A DNA stretch of 64,000 nt from Octopus vulgaris (lineage: Eukaryota): contig OX597829.1 in assembly GCA_951406725.2 (NCBI GenBank), forward strand, positions 5,456,001 to 5,520,000, read 5' to 3'. A program made the position numbers and the translations under genes. Under the pieces are notes generated by a model, which was not told the origin of the DNA, ran no database searches, and saw nothing but the letters and a program-made list of their open reading frames with translations. Below, one piece after another: positions 11,321 to 24,608 of this stretch; within the stretch, counting starts at the first letter, position 1, and every line of letters starts with the position of its first letter.

Positions 11321-12378
11321 GTAACAATGAAGGGTGAAATTAATTAATTTGGAACAATTATCAATTACACCAAGTAGTCTTCGGCATGTAAAAGCCTCAT
11401 TCGAGGAAAATTTAAGTAATACTAAGCAATTAAGGGTTTAGCAACGAATTGCCTTACCACACACCGAATTTAGAAATAGCAGTCAAAGAGATTATAGCTA
11501 TTTCTTCTACTAAAAGGGAGATCACAGTAAAGGCACAGCATTTGAAAGGCAAACACAAACAGGTAAAAGAGAATGAATTAACGGCAATCTATCATACAGT
11601 TTTAAGTCACCTACGGACGTACGTTTCGAGATCAAGTCTTAGGAAAGCATAAGAATTAGATAACTCTACTTTACCCAGACTTCTTCTTTCATCAGCGCAT
11701 GATACTAACAATCATGAATGATTGAATATTGAATTTTGAGATACTAGAAGGCACAAACTCAACTCAGTATCAGAGCGAGCTAGAAGCCACAGCTAGTATC
11801 ACCAAATTCAAAGTATGAATGAAAGCTTGTGTCACCAGTCCCTTCCCACCCGCGTGTAGCCAAGACAAAGTGCTGTGGTCATTTACTGGGATGAATATGG
11901 TTTATGAGTAACAATGAAGGGTGAAATTAATTAATTTGGAACAATTATCAATTACACCAAGTAGTCTTCGGCATGTAAAAGCCTCATTCGAGGAAAATTT
12001 AAGTAATACTAAGCAATTAAGGGTTTAGCAACGAATTGCCTTACCACACACCGAATTTAGAAATAGCAGTCAAAGAGATTATAGCTATTTCTTCTACTAA
12101 AAGGGAGTGGGTAAAGTAGAGTTATCTAATTCTTATGCTTTCCTAAGACTTGATCTCGAAACGTACGTCCGTAGGTGACTTAAAACTGTATGATAGATTG
12201 CCGTTAATTCATTCTCTTTTACCTGTTTGTGTTTGCCTTTCAAATGCTGTGCCTTTACTGTGATCTCCCTTTTAGTAGAAGAAATAGCTATAATCTCTTT
12301 GACTGCTATTTCTAAATTCGGTGTGTGGTAAGGCAATTCGTTGCTAAACCCTTAATTGCTTAGTATTACTTAAATTTT
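11321..12378 (-). mobile_element. Hammerhead-bearing element with direct and inverted partial copies (family H6; Penelope pLTR-like architecture)
   Basis: 11321-11520 equals 11908-12107 (200-bp direct repeat). 12108-12378 is the reverse complement of 11407-11677, and the two 67-aa ORF translations are identical. A diverged family member lies at about 43993-44182. Confidence 0.75.
11612..11699 (-). ncRNA. Type-I hammerhead ribozyme motif with long stem II (family H6)
   Basis: UGCG CUGAUGA AAGA..AAGUCUGGG...CCUAAGACUU..UCUC GAAA CGUACG UC CGUA. Palindromic ACGUACGU stem III, GUC triplet. Confidence 0.78.
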
Positions 12379-12646
12379 TATTAAATTAGAGATAAAACCA
12401 CTATTATTTTGAATTTTTTAAAAATATTTTTTAATTGATTTTTTACTATGTATTGGTTTATGATTTTTCACTGTTTGATTTGCCTAATAGTGGTTTTATC
12501 TCTAATTTAATATAATATATATATTTATACTATAAAATTAGATGTAATCCTAAATCTAATTTTTCCCTGTAAGTTTGGATTTACTCCCTAATATTATTAT
12601 TATTAAATAAATATATATATATGTACGTATGTATGCATGTATGTAT

Positions 12647-12762
12647 GTCGATTAAATAAGTACCAGTTACGTACTGGGGTCGATATAATCGACTAAATCT
12701 ATTTGTCTGTCCTTGTTTGCCCTCTCTGTGTTTAGCCCCTTGGGGGTAGTAAAGAAATAGGT
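12647..12762 (+). mobile_element. SINE family B, 3' part
   Basis: gtcgattaaataagtaccagttacgtactggggtcgat...tgtttagcccc...agtaaagaaata matches 41917-42148. Confidence 0.85.
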
Positions 12763-12879
12763 TTATAACCATCATCATCATCATCATCATTTAACATCCT
12801 CCTTCCATGCCAGTATGGGTCAGATGGCTTGACAAGAGCTGGCCAGGCAGGAGCATGCACCATGTTTTAATTGACCTGT

Positions 12880-13730
12880 GGAAGCTGTTGCCCGAGTATG
12901 ACCGGTGAAAGCTGGGTGTCAGATGATCTACTCCGAAGAGTGCCACTGTCAGAGATACAAGCCCCACCCCGATATCCCATGCACTCCTGATCTGTAATAA
13001 TTGATAATGAAGTCACACGTAACACCAAGAGAAGTTCAGCATTTAGGTGGCTACGTGGGAGAGATGCGGCATTAGGCTGATCAAAAGGTTGAATCTGTAG
13101 CAAACAGCTTTACCACCTTCTCTGCCGTACGCCTTCGAGATTGGGCAGTTTACGAAAGCCATGTTAAAAAGATACGCCATTTCTTCATGAACTACCTGAG
13201 AAAGTTGTTAAAATCACCAGGCAAGACAAGGCCCCAGACATGGAGGTCCTCTTTCGAGCTGATATGCCAAGCATTTACACATTGCTAAGAGCGATCATCA
13301 GGTGGGCAGGCCACCCTGTTCGAATACTTGACAAAATGAGTGTTTAGCAGCGAACTCATGGAAGGCAATCGCATGCAAGGTAGACAGAAAAAATGTTTTA
13401 AGGATACACTCAACCTCACTGAAAAACTTTGAGATCAAGGCCGACACTTGGGAAAGACATTCGAAAGACCGCCTTGCCTGGCGAAGCTGCACAAACAAAG
13501 GTTTCACTTCTTATGAACAGAACATAACTTCAGGAACACAATGAAAACGCGAACTGCGAAAGTGCAGAGCCAACTCGTCGCCTTCAGTCTCAGCAGACAA
13601 CCGGTGCCCAACTTGTTACAGAGCCTTCCATGCACGCATAGGACTGATCGGCCAAAGATCCACACACCGTGCCCCGTCTTCTTCTCCCATGTGATGCTCT
13701 TGTTCATCGTCGATGACGGCGGATGAACTA
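12880..13730 (+). mobile_element. Degraded 3' end of an RTE-clade LINE
   Basis: Frameshifted RTE-like C-terminal motifs (LRKLLK..QDKAPDMEVLFRADMPSIYTLL; KCFKDTL..LKNFEIK..TWE..SKDRLAWR) and a tail ending tcatcgtcgatgacggcggatgaac. Confidence 0.7.
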
Positions 13731-14425
13731 ATAATGAGCATACCTATATTTCAGTGCTTGAGGCTCTTTTCAACTGGACTGGCACGGATATATTTTAGTG
13801 ATTTTAGTGGAACTTCTCTTTTCTTTATGTCTGAAAGAATTAATGCCGTAGTTATGCAGTTCCTTGAATTCACCTTCTCGTACCTGTATGCTTTTAGTAT
13901 TGGAGCGGGAAATCATTACCAGCAACTTCAGCTTCGTATAACACCTGTATGACAGCACATTGCTAAGCTTCTGCTGTGGCATAGAGACTCGGTGCTGGTT
14001 GTTTCGTTTCTTTCATCACGTTTTTGTATTGATCGTTAGACTATAACTTGTTTCGAGGTTATGAATATTAAATAATATGTGAGTGCATAAGCGTATATGT
14101 TCGTGTGCGTATGATAGATATCGTCCGTCTGTCGACATGTGTACGTATGCACGACTAATTTTTGAATGCAAATATAAATGCAACTCAAAAACAGGGATAG
14201 TTTTATCATTCAAATACCTGACTATGTATTGCTATACTCAGGGAGTTGACAAAATACGCACGCTGTATTCAAACGTGTATGCGTTTGCTCATTGTAGAAG
14301 AGAGTTTACATTCTTTAATACAGAATATAGCAGAGAGTATTAAACCTGTCCAATGGTAAGATAATTTATTATTATTCATATTAAGATTATGCCCACTGAA
14401 ATGTAACAACCTCTTTTTCGGTTAG

Positions 14426-14460
<35 letters not shown>

Positions 14461-15046
14461 AGATGAAGATGGATAAAGATGAATAGGGATGAATTCTGGG
14501 AATTGTACAGAGCATTACAGAAATGGCTATAGGCTAAGTTATATAATAATGGATTCTGCTTTCATTTCTCATAGCTTTATGATATAGTAGACAGGAGAGT
14601 GATGGAGGGTTGTGTGTTTGGATGATAAGAGGAGGAATTAGAGGTAACAAGTGGGAGACAGATATAAAGTGGCAAACGGAGTCATCTACACGTCCGTGAA
14701 CCGCGTTGGATGTATAATGTCAGCGCGTGTGGCCGACGGGAAACAAATATGCGAGAAAGAAACTGCACATCATATGAGTTTTCTTCTTTACGTGAAGACT
14801 AGGTCAATCCTCACTGCCTGATTCCGGTGAAGCGTACAAACGAAGAGGCGAAACGCTTGTGAATCTGAAAATACCTGACAATATTTAAGGTTGGATTTAG
14901 ATATACTTGCAAAACCTTTGAGTGGCTCCTGCAATTTCTGCTGGGGCCGATGTTTATTTCACCTACACACAAGCACATTTATTTCACCTACACACAAGCA
15001 CATAGGCACACACGCACACGCACAAGCACGCATATATATATATATA

Positions 15047-15352
15047 TCACGTGACCACGTGATCACGTGACCGACCAGGCTATCAAATGTTGCTATACAT
15101 CGCTGGTCACAATGTGATTCGCATTGTTTTAGCCTTCAAATGACGCCACCCCCGCTGGCTAAGCGAGCAGGCCTACAGAAGAAAGAGTGAGAGAAAGAGT
15201 ATAGCAGGGATCGCCACCACCCCCTGCCGGAGCCCCGCGGAGCTTTAGGTGTTTTCGCTCAATAAACACTCACAATGCCCGGTCTGGGAATCGAAACCAC
15301 GATCCTACGACTGCGAGTCCGCTGCCCTAACCACTGGGCCATTGCGCCTCCA
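15047..15352 (-). mobile_element. tRNA-derived SINE family C
   Basis: Minus-strand head GGAGGCGCAATGGCCCAGTGGTTAGGGCAGCGGACTCGCAGTCGTAGGATCGTGGTTTCGATTCCC (A and B boxes); tail of CACGTG-containing repeats. Confidence 0.85.
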
Positions 15353-15365
15353 CACACCCACATCC

Positions 15366-15452
<87 letters not shown>

Positions 15453-16541
15453 CATGAGATACACAGATATAGACGACAGCTTCGTATAACACCTATATTA
15501 TATGTATATATCTTAGATATATACATATAATATATATTTTATATATATATACACACACACACATAGATAGATATAGATAGATACATTGATAGTCATAGGC
15601 GACAGACGGACTGGCAGACAGGCAGGCAGACACACAGATAAATAACAAATAATATTACAATAGCTAATAAAGTTATTTCCGGAAGATTTAAAGTCCTCCA
15701 CATTAGTGGGTGAAGCGTCTAGGTTCACTAATATTTCATACCATGCTAACTGGTGGCATGTTTGTTAAGTGCCAAAAATAAAGAAAGAGGAAAGATTCAT
15801 ATTCAAGGTTCTTACTGAATGTTGACACTTAATGCTTCAGGTTTTCAAGAAGCCACAAGTTTATCCTGTCTCACAAGTAGAATCTTTAAGGAGGGAACGA
15901 AGAAAACATATATAAATATGTATTTGTGTTTGTGCGTGTATATATATATATATATATATATACATACATAAATACATATATGTATACACACACATATACG
16001 TTTGCATGTGCGTATTTGTATGTATGTATATGTGCGTATGTGTATGTATGTATGTATGTATGTATTTATGTATGTATTGGTTAATAATGACCAATTAAAT
16101 TTTGGCAGTTCTGAAAGGACACACATCTACTTAGAGATAATGTTTTACTTTATATCAGCACCTCTGAAAGCATGGTACTGATTTCCTTTCTGTCTCAGCT
16201 TCTGTTTTGTATGTGAGGACAAATTTCCCTTCTGGTAAAAAAAAAAAAAAAAAAAAAACATCTCCTGTTACTTTTGTCTATTTATTGATTTATTTGTCAA
16301 AATGTGTGAGGCTTTTTATATTTTTTATGACATACAAACGTAGATATATCTACATATAGCATACAGAAATGAAGGGGGGTCAGGAATGTTTCTAGTATAA
16401 ATGAAGATTGCTTTTCTATCCTGGGGTCCTGACTTCAATAACATTACTTGGCACATTGGCTAATCGCCTATGTAATGGATTGCATGCCTAATTCATTGGG
16501 CCATATGAATATATAGATATAGATATATAGATAGAGTATAT

Positions 16542-16780
16542 GCATTCAAACATATAAGGGATGGCCATAATAGGACATCCGACTCACTAGAAAGAGCAGC
16601 CAAACTCCAAACCACTAATAGTTGTAATTCTGAAATGGAAAGAGAAATAAAAACATTTACCCTATCCTTTTTTATTTCTCTTTCCATTTCAGAGTTACAA
16701 CTATTTAGCGGTTTGAGTTTGGCTGCTCTTTCTAGTGAGTCGAATGGCCTATCAGGGCCATTCCTTATATTGTTGAATGT
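16542..16780. repeat. Long inverted repeat (fold-back) with about 110-bp arms
   Basis: cgactcactagaaagagcagccaaactc...ctgaaatggaaagagaaataaaaa versus tttttatttctctttccatttcag...gagtttggctgctctttctagtgagtcg. Confidence 0.88.
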
Positions 16781-17399
16781 ATATTATATAGTCTTTGACT
16801 ATCTTTTCTTTCTCACTAGACCGCTGGTAGCGGAGAATTTTTTCTAGAATTTTTTTGCTACCCTAAAATTTATTAATTATAGATAGAGTATATGCGTAGA
16901 TTCATACACACACGCACATATAATAACGTGTGTGTGTACGTGTCTGTGCGTGTGCGTGCGTGTGTTTGCATGTGTGTGTGTGTGTCTGAGTGTTTCTGGA
17001 TAACAGACCTGCTGCCATTTCTCTCTACCTTCTCAGCCACTGCTACTTTTGTCTTTGCTCCTTTGGGCTTTGTGGACTCATACCACACAAACTTACATCC
17101 CACTCGTCTTTCATCTTTCCAGCACCTTTGTTTTACCGCACTCGTTATTGCCTTTATCCTTCAATCCCAGAACATCCGCCATCTTTGCTCATATCTTTCA
17201 CACGAATTCTTGAGCAAAGTTTAAAGAAAAATATTAATGGCATCAATCTCACAGTTTGAGAAATCCTGCAAATACCATAAGTAAAAACTCTTTTGCCAAA
17301 CCCATCAAAAAGAAAATTCACCTTAGATTCTGTTGAGCAAGCGCACCAAGTTTTAACGTTCTAACTTATTTCCACTATTTACAGTAGTGCTTGGAATGA

Positions 17400-18080
17400 A
17401 TGTGTGTAGCGTGTGTTCATTGCATTGCCCATAACAGAAAAAGTTGAGCAGAGAATCTGCATCAAATTTTGCCAAAAGCTTGGCGACACCTGCTCAGAAG
17501 CCTAGGCAAAGTTTTCAAAAAGTTTTCATCGTTCTCGACACAATCAAGGAGATCTTGTGCAACTGAAACCCGAGTGTCTTCTTGGTCAGCTGAAAGTAGT
17601 CTGGGTATAAACTTGGCAGACACGTGTCTTATACCCACATCTTCTTTTATAATTGACTGAAAGTGAACCGTAACTAATCTGCACATTCTCTGATAACTCA
17701 CGGATGGTGATTCGACGATTTCCCCTCACAATTGCACGCACATCTGTGATGTTTTTCTCAGTTCTGCCGGTTGCGAGTGTCCCAGAATGCTTGTAACTAT
17801 CGACATTTTTTCATCCATCTTGGAAACGTCTGAAACACTCCTACACTTGTGTGCGGCTCATACACTCCCCTCCGCACACTTTCTGCAACTTTGCGTAGGC
17901 CTCTGAGCAGGTATCGCCATGACAACTTTCTCTGTCACGGTCAATGCGATGATCACTCGCTACACACCTTCCTTCAAAGTACTGCTGTAAACAGCGGAAG
18001 TCTGTGCCTAGCGGCTCCACTTGGTGTGCTTTAGCTTCGTTACTATAGTAACAGTCGAGACACTTATTGATCAGACCTCG
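17400..18080. mobile_element. Rearranged mariner relic
   Basis: Plus strand gives EQRICIKFCQKLGDTCSEA (N-terminal HTH). Minus strand gives IIKEDVGIRHVSAKFIPRLLSADQ...QDLLDCVENDENFLK. Ends in the mariner-type TIR acttattgatcagacctcg followed by TA. Confidence 0.8.
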
Positions 18081-18509
18081 TATGTACGTGTTTGTGTGTA
18101 TGTTAGAGAAACCTGCGGCAAGCAGGTAGCATGCAACACATTCGTTATGTAAAAAAATACTATTTTTTTCTTAATTTTATTCGGTTTAAGGAAACGTAGA
18201 CTCTACTAGCTACATAGAAGACAACCCATTTGGGAAAACAGTAGTCTAAATAAAAATTTACGCACAAAAGACAAGTTTTTGCAGGCCTGAGTAAAGAGCC
18301 TATACAGAAGATGAGCGATTCTGAACAAAAGTCTGAACAAAAGTTAAGAACCTTTACAGACGGACAGATTCTGAACAAAACAGAACAAAACATACAGAAG
18401 ACGCTTCAGAAAATGTTCCTAGTGTTGATGGCCTGCAAAGAGATCAATAATAGGAATATCATTTACATTTACATGCCCAAAACATATTAATTGTGGAAAC
18501 TTCAATATA

Positions 18510-18782
18510 TCATCATCATCATCGTTTAACGTCCGTTCTCCATGCTAGCACGGGTTGGACGGTTCGACCGGGATCTGGGAAGCCAGAAGGCTGCGCCAGG
18601 CTCCACTCTGATCTGAAAGTGTTTCTTACAGCTGGATGCCCTTCCTAACGCCAACCACTCCGTGAGTGTAGTGGGTGCTTTTTACGTGCCACCGGCACAG
18701 GTGCCAGGCGAGGCTTGCAACGGCCACGATCGGATTGGTGCTTTTTATGTGCCACCGCACGGAAGCCAGTCCAACGCTGTCA
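18510..18782 (-). mobile_element. 3' part of a SINE with an RTE-like (GAT)n tail (family D)
   Basis: catcatcatcgtttaacgtccgttctccatgctagcacgggttggacgg; a related fragment lies at 12770-12865. Confidence 0.7.
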
Positions 18783-19162
18783 TCTCTCTCTATATAAACG
18801 GCAGTTTGTCTGTGCGTGTTTCTGTGTGTCTGTTTGCTTGTACCCTCACCCTGACCACATTTCAACCGATTCTGATGAAACTTGACACACACATAGCCCA
18901 ATGTCATAATTCAAAACTAACGCAGCGAAAATTTTGAAAAGTTCCCCCAGTTCTGAAAAAAATCGATAAATTCGACATGGGGTCGAGAATCAGAAAAACA
19001 AACCACAAACTGTCTAGGGGACGCAACTCCACCTTTTTTAACTAAAAAAAAATTTACCATCATTTTTTTCCATTTTTTTGCTATTTTTTGGCTATAACTC
19101 TCTAAAATTGCTTTATAGTTATTTCCCTTACAAACCTGAGCAACGCCGGGCGATACTGCTAG
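18783..19162 (+). mobile_element. Non-autonomous Helitron
   Basis: 5' TC...tatataaa start, 3' hairpin cctgagcaacgccggg followed by a CTAG terminus, inserted between A and T. Same 3' end as the copies ending at 30331 and 30806. Confidence 0.82.
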
Positions 19163-19859
19163 TATATATATATATGAGTGTGTGTGTGTGTGTGTGTGTG
19201 TATTGCACAAGTATATATACATGAAAGTAAAGAGGCAAATGGAAACATGTCATGTGTGAAAATACCTTAATCGTCTTCAAACACTGTCTGTTAGTCGCAG
19301 AAGCTGGCTATCAACCCCCAAAACACAGGAAACTTTCTTCCCGAAGTCAGATTCAAAATTCCAGGGTTGTTGTCATTGGTGACGACATGATCAAAGATAA
19401 GCCTATAGAGATTGTATATAAGTGTTGCAGCAGGTAGGAATAAATATGCGCTGTGTATAAGAGTTAAGATAGAGTAGAAGCTCAGCCAGACTTCACATAG
19501 GCAAAGAATACAATTACGAAGTCTTTCGTATCGGTAACAGCGTAAGAATCGGCATACTCTTTAGGAATGAGATAAATAAAGTGAATCAAATTAAAGACAT
19601 AATACTTAAGTTTAGATAAATCATAAGCAAAATGATAGCAACCGAGATCTCTGCATATACATCGCAATCAGTTGGGGAAAAAAAACTACGTGGCCCCTTT
19701 TCAGAGTGCTATGATATCTAATGGCAGTAATTTCGTTATCATGACTGGTGACTTTAACACTTAAATAACACGTTGGACAGCACAATGGTGGTTAATCTTA
19801 AGTAGTCTATCTTATTTCAATGTGAGATCTCTCCTGAAAGATGTAAATATAAAGAGAAA

Positions 19860-19978
19860 ATGTTTTCATTATTTACATTATTTACAACTGACGGATATTT
19901 GTCCACATCTTGTTTGTTGTTAACACAACGTTTCGGCTGATATACCCTCCAGCCTTCTTGAGGTGTCTTGGGGAAATT
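19860..19978 (-). mobile_element. Family H1 fragment with a mutated hammerhead core
   Basis: GACAC CUCAAGA A GGCUG..CAGCC GAAA CG UU GUGUU at 19922-19967; core G5 is changed to C. Confidence 0.8.
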
Positions 19979-20924
19979 ATTGAGTAAACGTAAAATCTTG
20001 TTCGCATCCAATACAGCGTTATTGTTGAATGCTTAACGAGACTATCCAGTTTCAACACGTTGAAACTCGTCTTCTGGGATTCAACAGATGCTAATAAACT
20101 CATAAAAATTTGCAGTTTAATCGGATAATCGCCAAGTTAGAATCTCCTACAGTAATTCTGCATTAATTTTGCTTGCAATGCAATTAAAGTTTATTAAATA
20201 CATTTATTTAAGAACGAAGCTCATTTGTGATTCTGTTCCTGGATTAGTTCAAATGCTGAAAGTAGACATACGTCCCTCACATAATGAAACTTTCAAAGAC
20301 ATCTAAAATGGGCACAAATCAAATGCAGCCACTCAAATCTTTATTCGAGACCACAATAAAAAGTTTTATGATTGCAAACAAGACAAAACTCTGTGTTGGC
20401 GATTGGTATCTTGCAAAATTGGTAATGCAAAAGTGACAGAAAATTTTGATGAAATTCCAATGTTTTCTGCTATGAGTTTAAAAATTAGTCCTGCTCGATC
20501 TCGAGTTTGTCAAATATCATTTCCGGCTTTTGATGGTATTCGTGTTGATATGAAATTTACTATCACATGCATTAATTAACTGATTTATTTATGGATAATT
20601 GTCAGCACATTTAACTGTAAAGATAACTAAGTGCATTAAGGTTTAAATGGACATTCCATGCAAAGAAATCTGAAGTTCTTGTTCTAATATTTTCATACTT
20701 AGACATTTTTTTTTTACATTTGTTGAAGTCTTATTTGCAAACTTGAATAAACTGACTGTATTTTGAAATTAGAAATGTCGAACTAACCATAGTTTTTAAT
20801 ATATCGAATAATTATTTTGTTCCTTTAGCATTTTGAATCACGTCAAGGATTTTTATTGGCAAAAATTCTCCACAGAGCTCAATTAATTAGTTTGGTATTC
20901 ATATAAAAATAAAAAATAATGATA

Positions 20925-21120
20925 TCAGATTTTGGCGCAAGGCCAATAACTTGGGGTGCAAGCCGATTACATCGGCACCAGTACACGACTGGTTCTTATT
21001 TTATCGACTCCGAAAGGAAGAAAGGCAAAGTCGACCACCGGCAGAATTTGAAATTAGATCGTAAAGACAGACAATATGAAGCAATGCATTTTTCCTTGCG
21101 TGTTAACGATTCTACCAGTT
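20925..21120 (-). mobile_element. SINE family B, diverged
   Basis: ctggttcttattttatcgactccgaaaggaagaaaggcaaagtcgacc...aacgattctaccag. Confidence 0.75.
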
Positions 21121-22504
21121 ATACTTATAGAAATAATTGACTCGAATTGCTTAGTGACTTTCATTTGATTAGTTTCATGCTCAACAGAAAGTGGGTCGTA
21201 TTTGCTGAGAAACACAATATGCCACGAAAGTTTCCACGCTCAAAATCACCAAAATGTTGACCAGGACAAAATATAAATAAAAAACAATTCCTTCTTACAT
21301 AGAAATAAGATATCATTTAAGAATCTTAATTAGTTATTAGCAGTTTTTGTTCCTTTAATTAACATAATCAACAATAATATTATCAGTTTATCTTCAAGCT
21401 GATGCTATCTTAGTGGCTGTTTTCCATTAAACATAGTTTTCTTTGGAGGAAAAATAGGAAACAAAATTACTCCAAAATACAAAAATACAAGAAGCAGAAA
21501 ATGTTGCTCGTAATTTTGAATTGAATATTAGAAATGCTCAGCTAATTGTGAAGCCTTAGTCAGAGAAATCAAAGAAAATCTCATAATCATTATCAGATTT
21601 TTTTCGAGTCTACATTATCAAGTGGAATTTCCTCAGAAACATAAGTAAAATGACACAGATGGCTAATGATTACGTAAAACTGGAAAAATCTTGGTCTTTA
21701 AACCATATCTAATGTAAATAATAAATCAGAGATACTTACTAAAAGCTGCCACTTTGACAAGCGCTTCCTAAAACACTGGAACATTATGTTTTCACTTCAC
21801 TGATTGGATCTGAGTATTTTTACTGACCAAATCATAACTTCTTATTAGCAGATTTTCCTGATCTCACAATATATATATTTCAAAATATTCTACTCTATTT
21901 TTCCACGGACATATATCTTGTAAATGTTTCAGTAATAGGTCCAGTCTACCATCTAGTGATTGCTTTGAAGTACATTTATATGAAATTGTCAGTTATGATG
22001 CAATAACACCATCAGTTATGAATAGTTTCTTAGGCTAGTTTCTTGGCAACTCACTTTGTGTACGGTCTGCCGAACAAAAATCGTGGTTCGGAAACATTTT
22101 ATCTCCGTTCATCTTATATAATTTTACACATGAAACTCTTCATACTGCCTACATAAGTCGAGATGGATATTGTGATTATTTGTAAGAGAAAAAAATATAT
22201 ATATATATATTTTTTTTTATTTTGAGTTTTCATCATGTTTACATGAGTTGGACAGATCTTCAGCAGCATAGCGTATTTATATCTTTTTTGATATTTGTAA
22301 TTTATTCTTGGGGATTTCCCTTCGGTGATCAATATCATCCATTACTTTTTCCAATATCTTCCTCAGTTTCCTTTTCATTTGTATTCTTTGTCACTTCATT
22401 ACCTCACATGTCCGTACTAGTTCAGTCTCCACTCTTACACACATCTTATTTATCTCATATCCTGTTTTTCTCTTAGTTCATCTGCTCTGTGTCGCATATG
22501 CATA

Positions 22505-23633
22505 CACGGTGGTATGAAAAAGTTCCCGGACTAGTTTTGTAGCGAACCAACAGATGGTAGCACACGGTTGCATGTGCAGTGAGAGTTATCAGTGACCTTC
22601 AAGAGGCAGAGTGCCAAGTGACATTACTGTGCTACTTCGCAAGGTGTGAAATATGTGTTTTTGTGACCGCAATTTTTCGAGTGGCACAGGTGATCCAAAA
22701 GTGTAAGAACGTCCCTGAAAGGGCATGGGCGATCTGGAAGACCTCCGACGAGCATCACCCACGGAAACATGCAGAAAAGTCATCAGCTTGTGTATGAGAA
22801 TCAACGACATTACAGATGTTATTGGTCTGTCGTATGGCTCCGTGGAGGTAATCCTAACGGCTAAATTGAACTCGCAGCGAGTCTCTGCCAAGTTTTGTCC
22901 CCCGCCTGCTGACCACTGAGCAGAGGGAACAAGATTTCTGTCAGTGTGCCACTGATGACCCATCCTTTATGTCGAGGATCATCACCGGTGACGAGAGTTA
23001 GGTCCGCGGGTACAACCCTGTGACGAAACAGTAGCCGTCACAATGGAAGAACTCTTCATCTCCATGACTGAAGAAGGCACAACAGAGACGTAGCTCAATC
23101 AAGAGCATTATCATAGTATTTTTATTTCAAAATCCGCGGTATTGTGCATCGAGAATCCTTCCCCGCGGGCCAGATCGTCAATTGAGAGTTCAACCGCGAA
23201 GTCTTTGAAGCGTTTGAAAGAGGGCATTTGGCAAAAGAGACTGGATCTACGGAGCGCGAAGAATTAGATTCTTCACGACGATGATGCACTCTATCATCGA
23301 GCTTGCCTCAGTCGTGAATTTCTCGCTAAAAAGAACATGGTATCGCTACCATACTTACTCTATTCGCCAGATTTAGTGCCTATGGTCTTCTCCAAAAGGA
23401 AAACGCAGCTCAAAGGTGTCCATTTTAACACCGCTGTTGTGATCCAGAGCGAAACGTGGAAGATCATCGAATCGCTTATAGAAAATGATTTCCAGGCCGG
23501 GTTCCAAAAGTAGCAAGGACGCTGGAACCGGTTTATTGAAGCGCAAGATGACTATTTGGAAGAAAAGGATGGTTAAAACTTAAGTAAATAAGTTTTTTTT
23601 TATGACTAGTTCAGGAGCGTTTTGTTACATCAG
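22505..23633 (+). pseudogene. Near full-length mariner transposon with a disrupted transposase
   Basis: Motifs RVSAKF, RIITGDES, SQWKNSSSP, SIKSIIIVFF, ILHDDDA and YSPDLVP, with stops and frameshifts. Degenerate TIRs flanked by TA. Confidence 0.88.
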
Positions 23634-24608
23634 TACAAACATTACAAATTTTGTAGAATATATTCACTCCATTATTTTGAAGTCTGTGCATATCTTCTTA
23701 TTTTAATACTTTATTTCGGAACTATACAACGTTTCACTTCATGTAATCTACTTTTCTCTGGGAGAGGTAATAACTCCAACATTTTTCCTACCCTTTTATA
23801 CTTTTGCAACTCTACTTTTTGTAACACCTTTTGTAACACCCTAACCCTAACCCTTCCTCTGATAATTAGATCACTCAAATAACAGTCAAAGTACCTGTCA
23901 AATGCTTCAGGGGAACCTCTCGATCATTTGAAATGATGTATTTTACATATGCTTTGTCGGCTTACCACTTCTGGACATCTGCAACACACGAAGTCATTCT
24001 TGTTTGGCAGCCTGCATATGGATCCTCAAATTACGGGATCACCTGCTCCTGTACCCTTAATCTTTTTCCATGAAACCTCCATCAACCTTTATCTGCGCAG
24101 GTAAGTTTTCATACCCAAGTCTTTTCAACCATTATGGCTCCGTCAGTGGTATTCTCGTGGAGAAATCTTTCACGTTTGCTGGTCAGCTTACATCCAGTTC
24201 CCATGTTATAAGTTATAGCACTTTATACATATTTAGCAAAACTGCATTAAAGCTTTCCTTCACCATTTTATCTGTCTTACCATGTATATGTATACACATA
24301 CTTGCTAAGTGCAAAATTATCACCCTCTTCGCTCCAAAGCCACAAGAATACTGCTGCTAAGGACCTTTTCAAGTTAACGAGAGAGCCTCTACATAATTAA
24401 CCCCTGTAGGTAGTAACATAAAATTAAAAATAAGGAAAGAGTACTCCAAGGTAAGAACTATTTTGATTTTTTTTAATAGTCGCCAAGTGATCAGAGATGA
24501 AGAATTTGCTGGTTCTGCATACAAACGCTAGTCTTTGTGGTGCATTTTGCTTTAACTATGTCATGTATGTGGGATTACCAGAAAAGATCATCTGAGATTC
24601 TACATATA

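Noticed and set aside
14808-14862. tcac..gcct...aggc gaaacgct tgtga hammerhead-like string
   Set aside because: There is no CUGANGA between stem I and stem II.
19250-20560. Coding-like, possibly decayed DNA transposase sequence
   Set aside because: No motif I can identify with confidence, and many stops. It needs a translated search.
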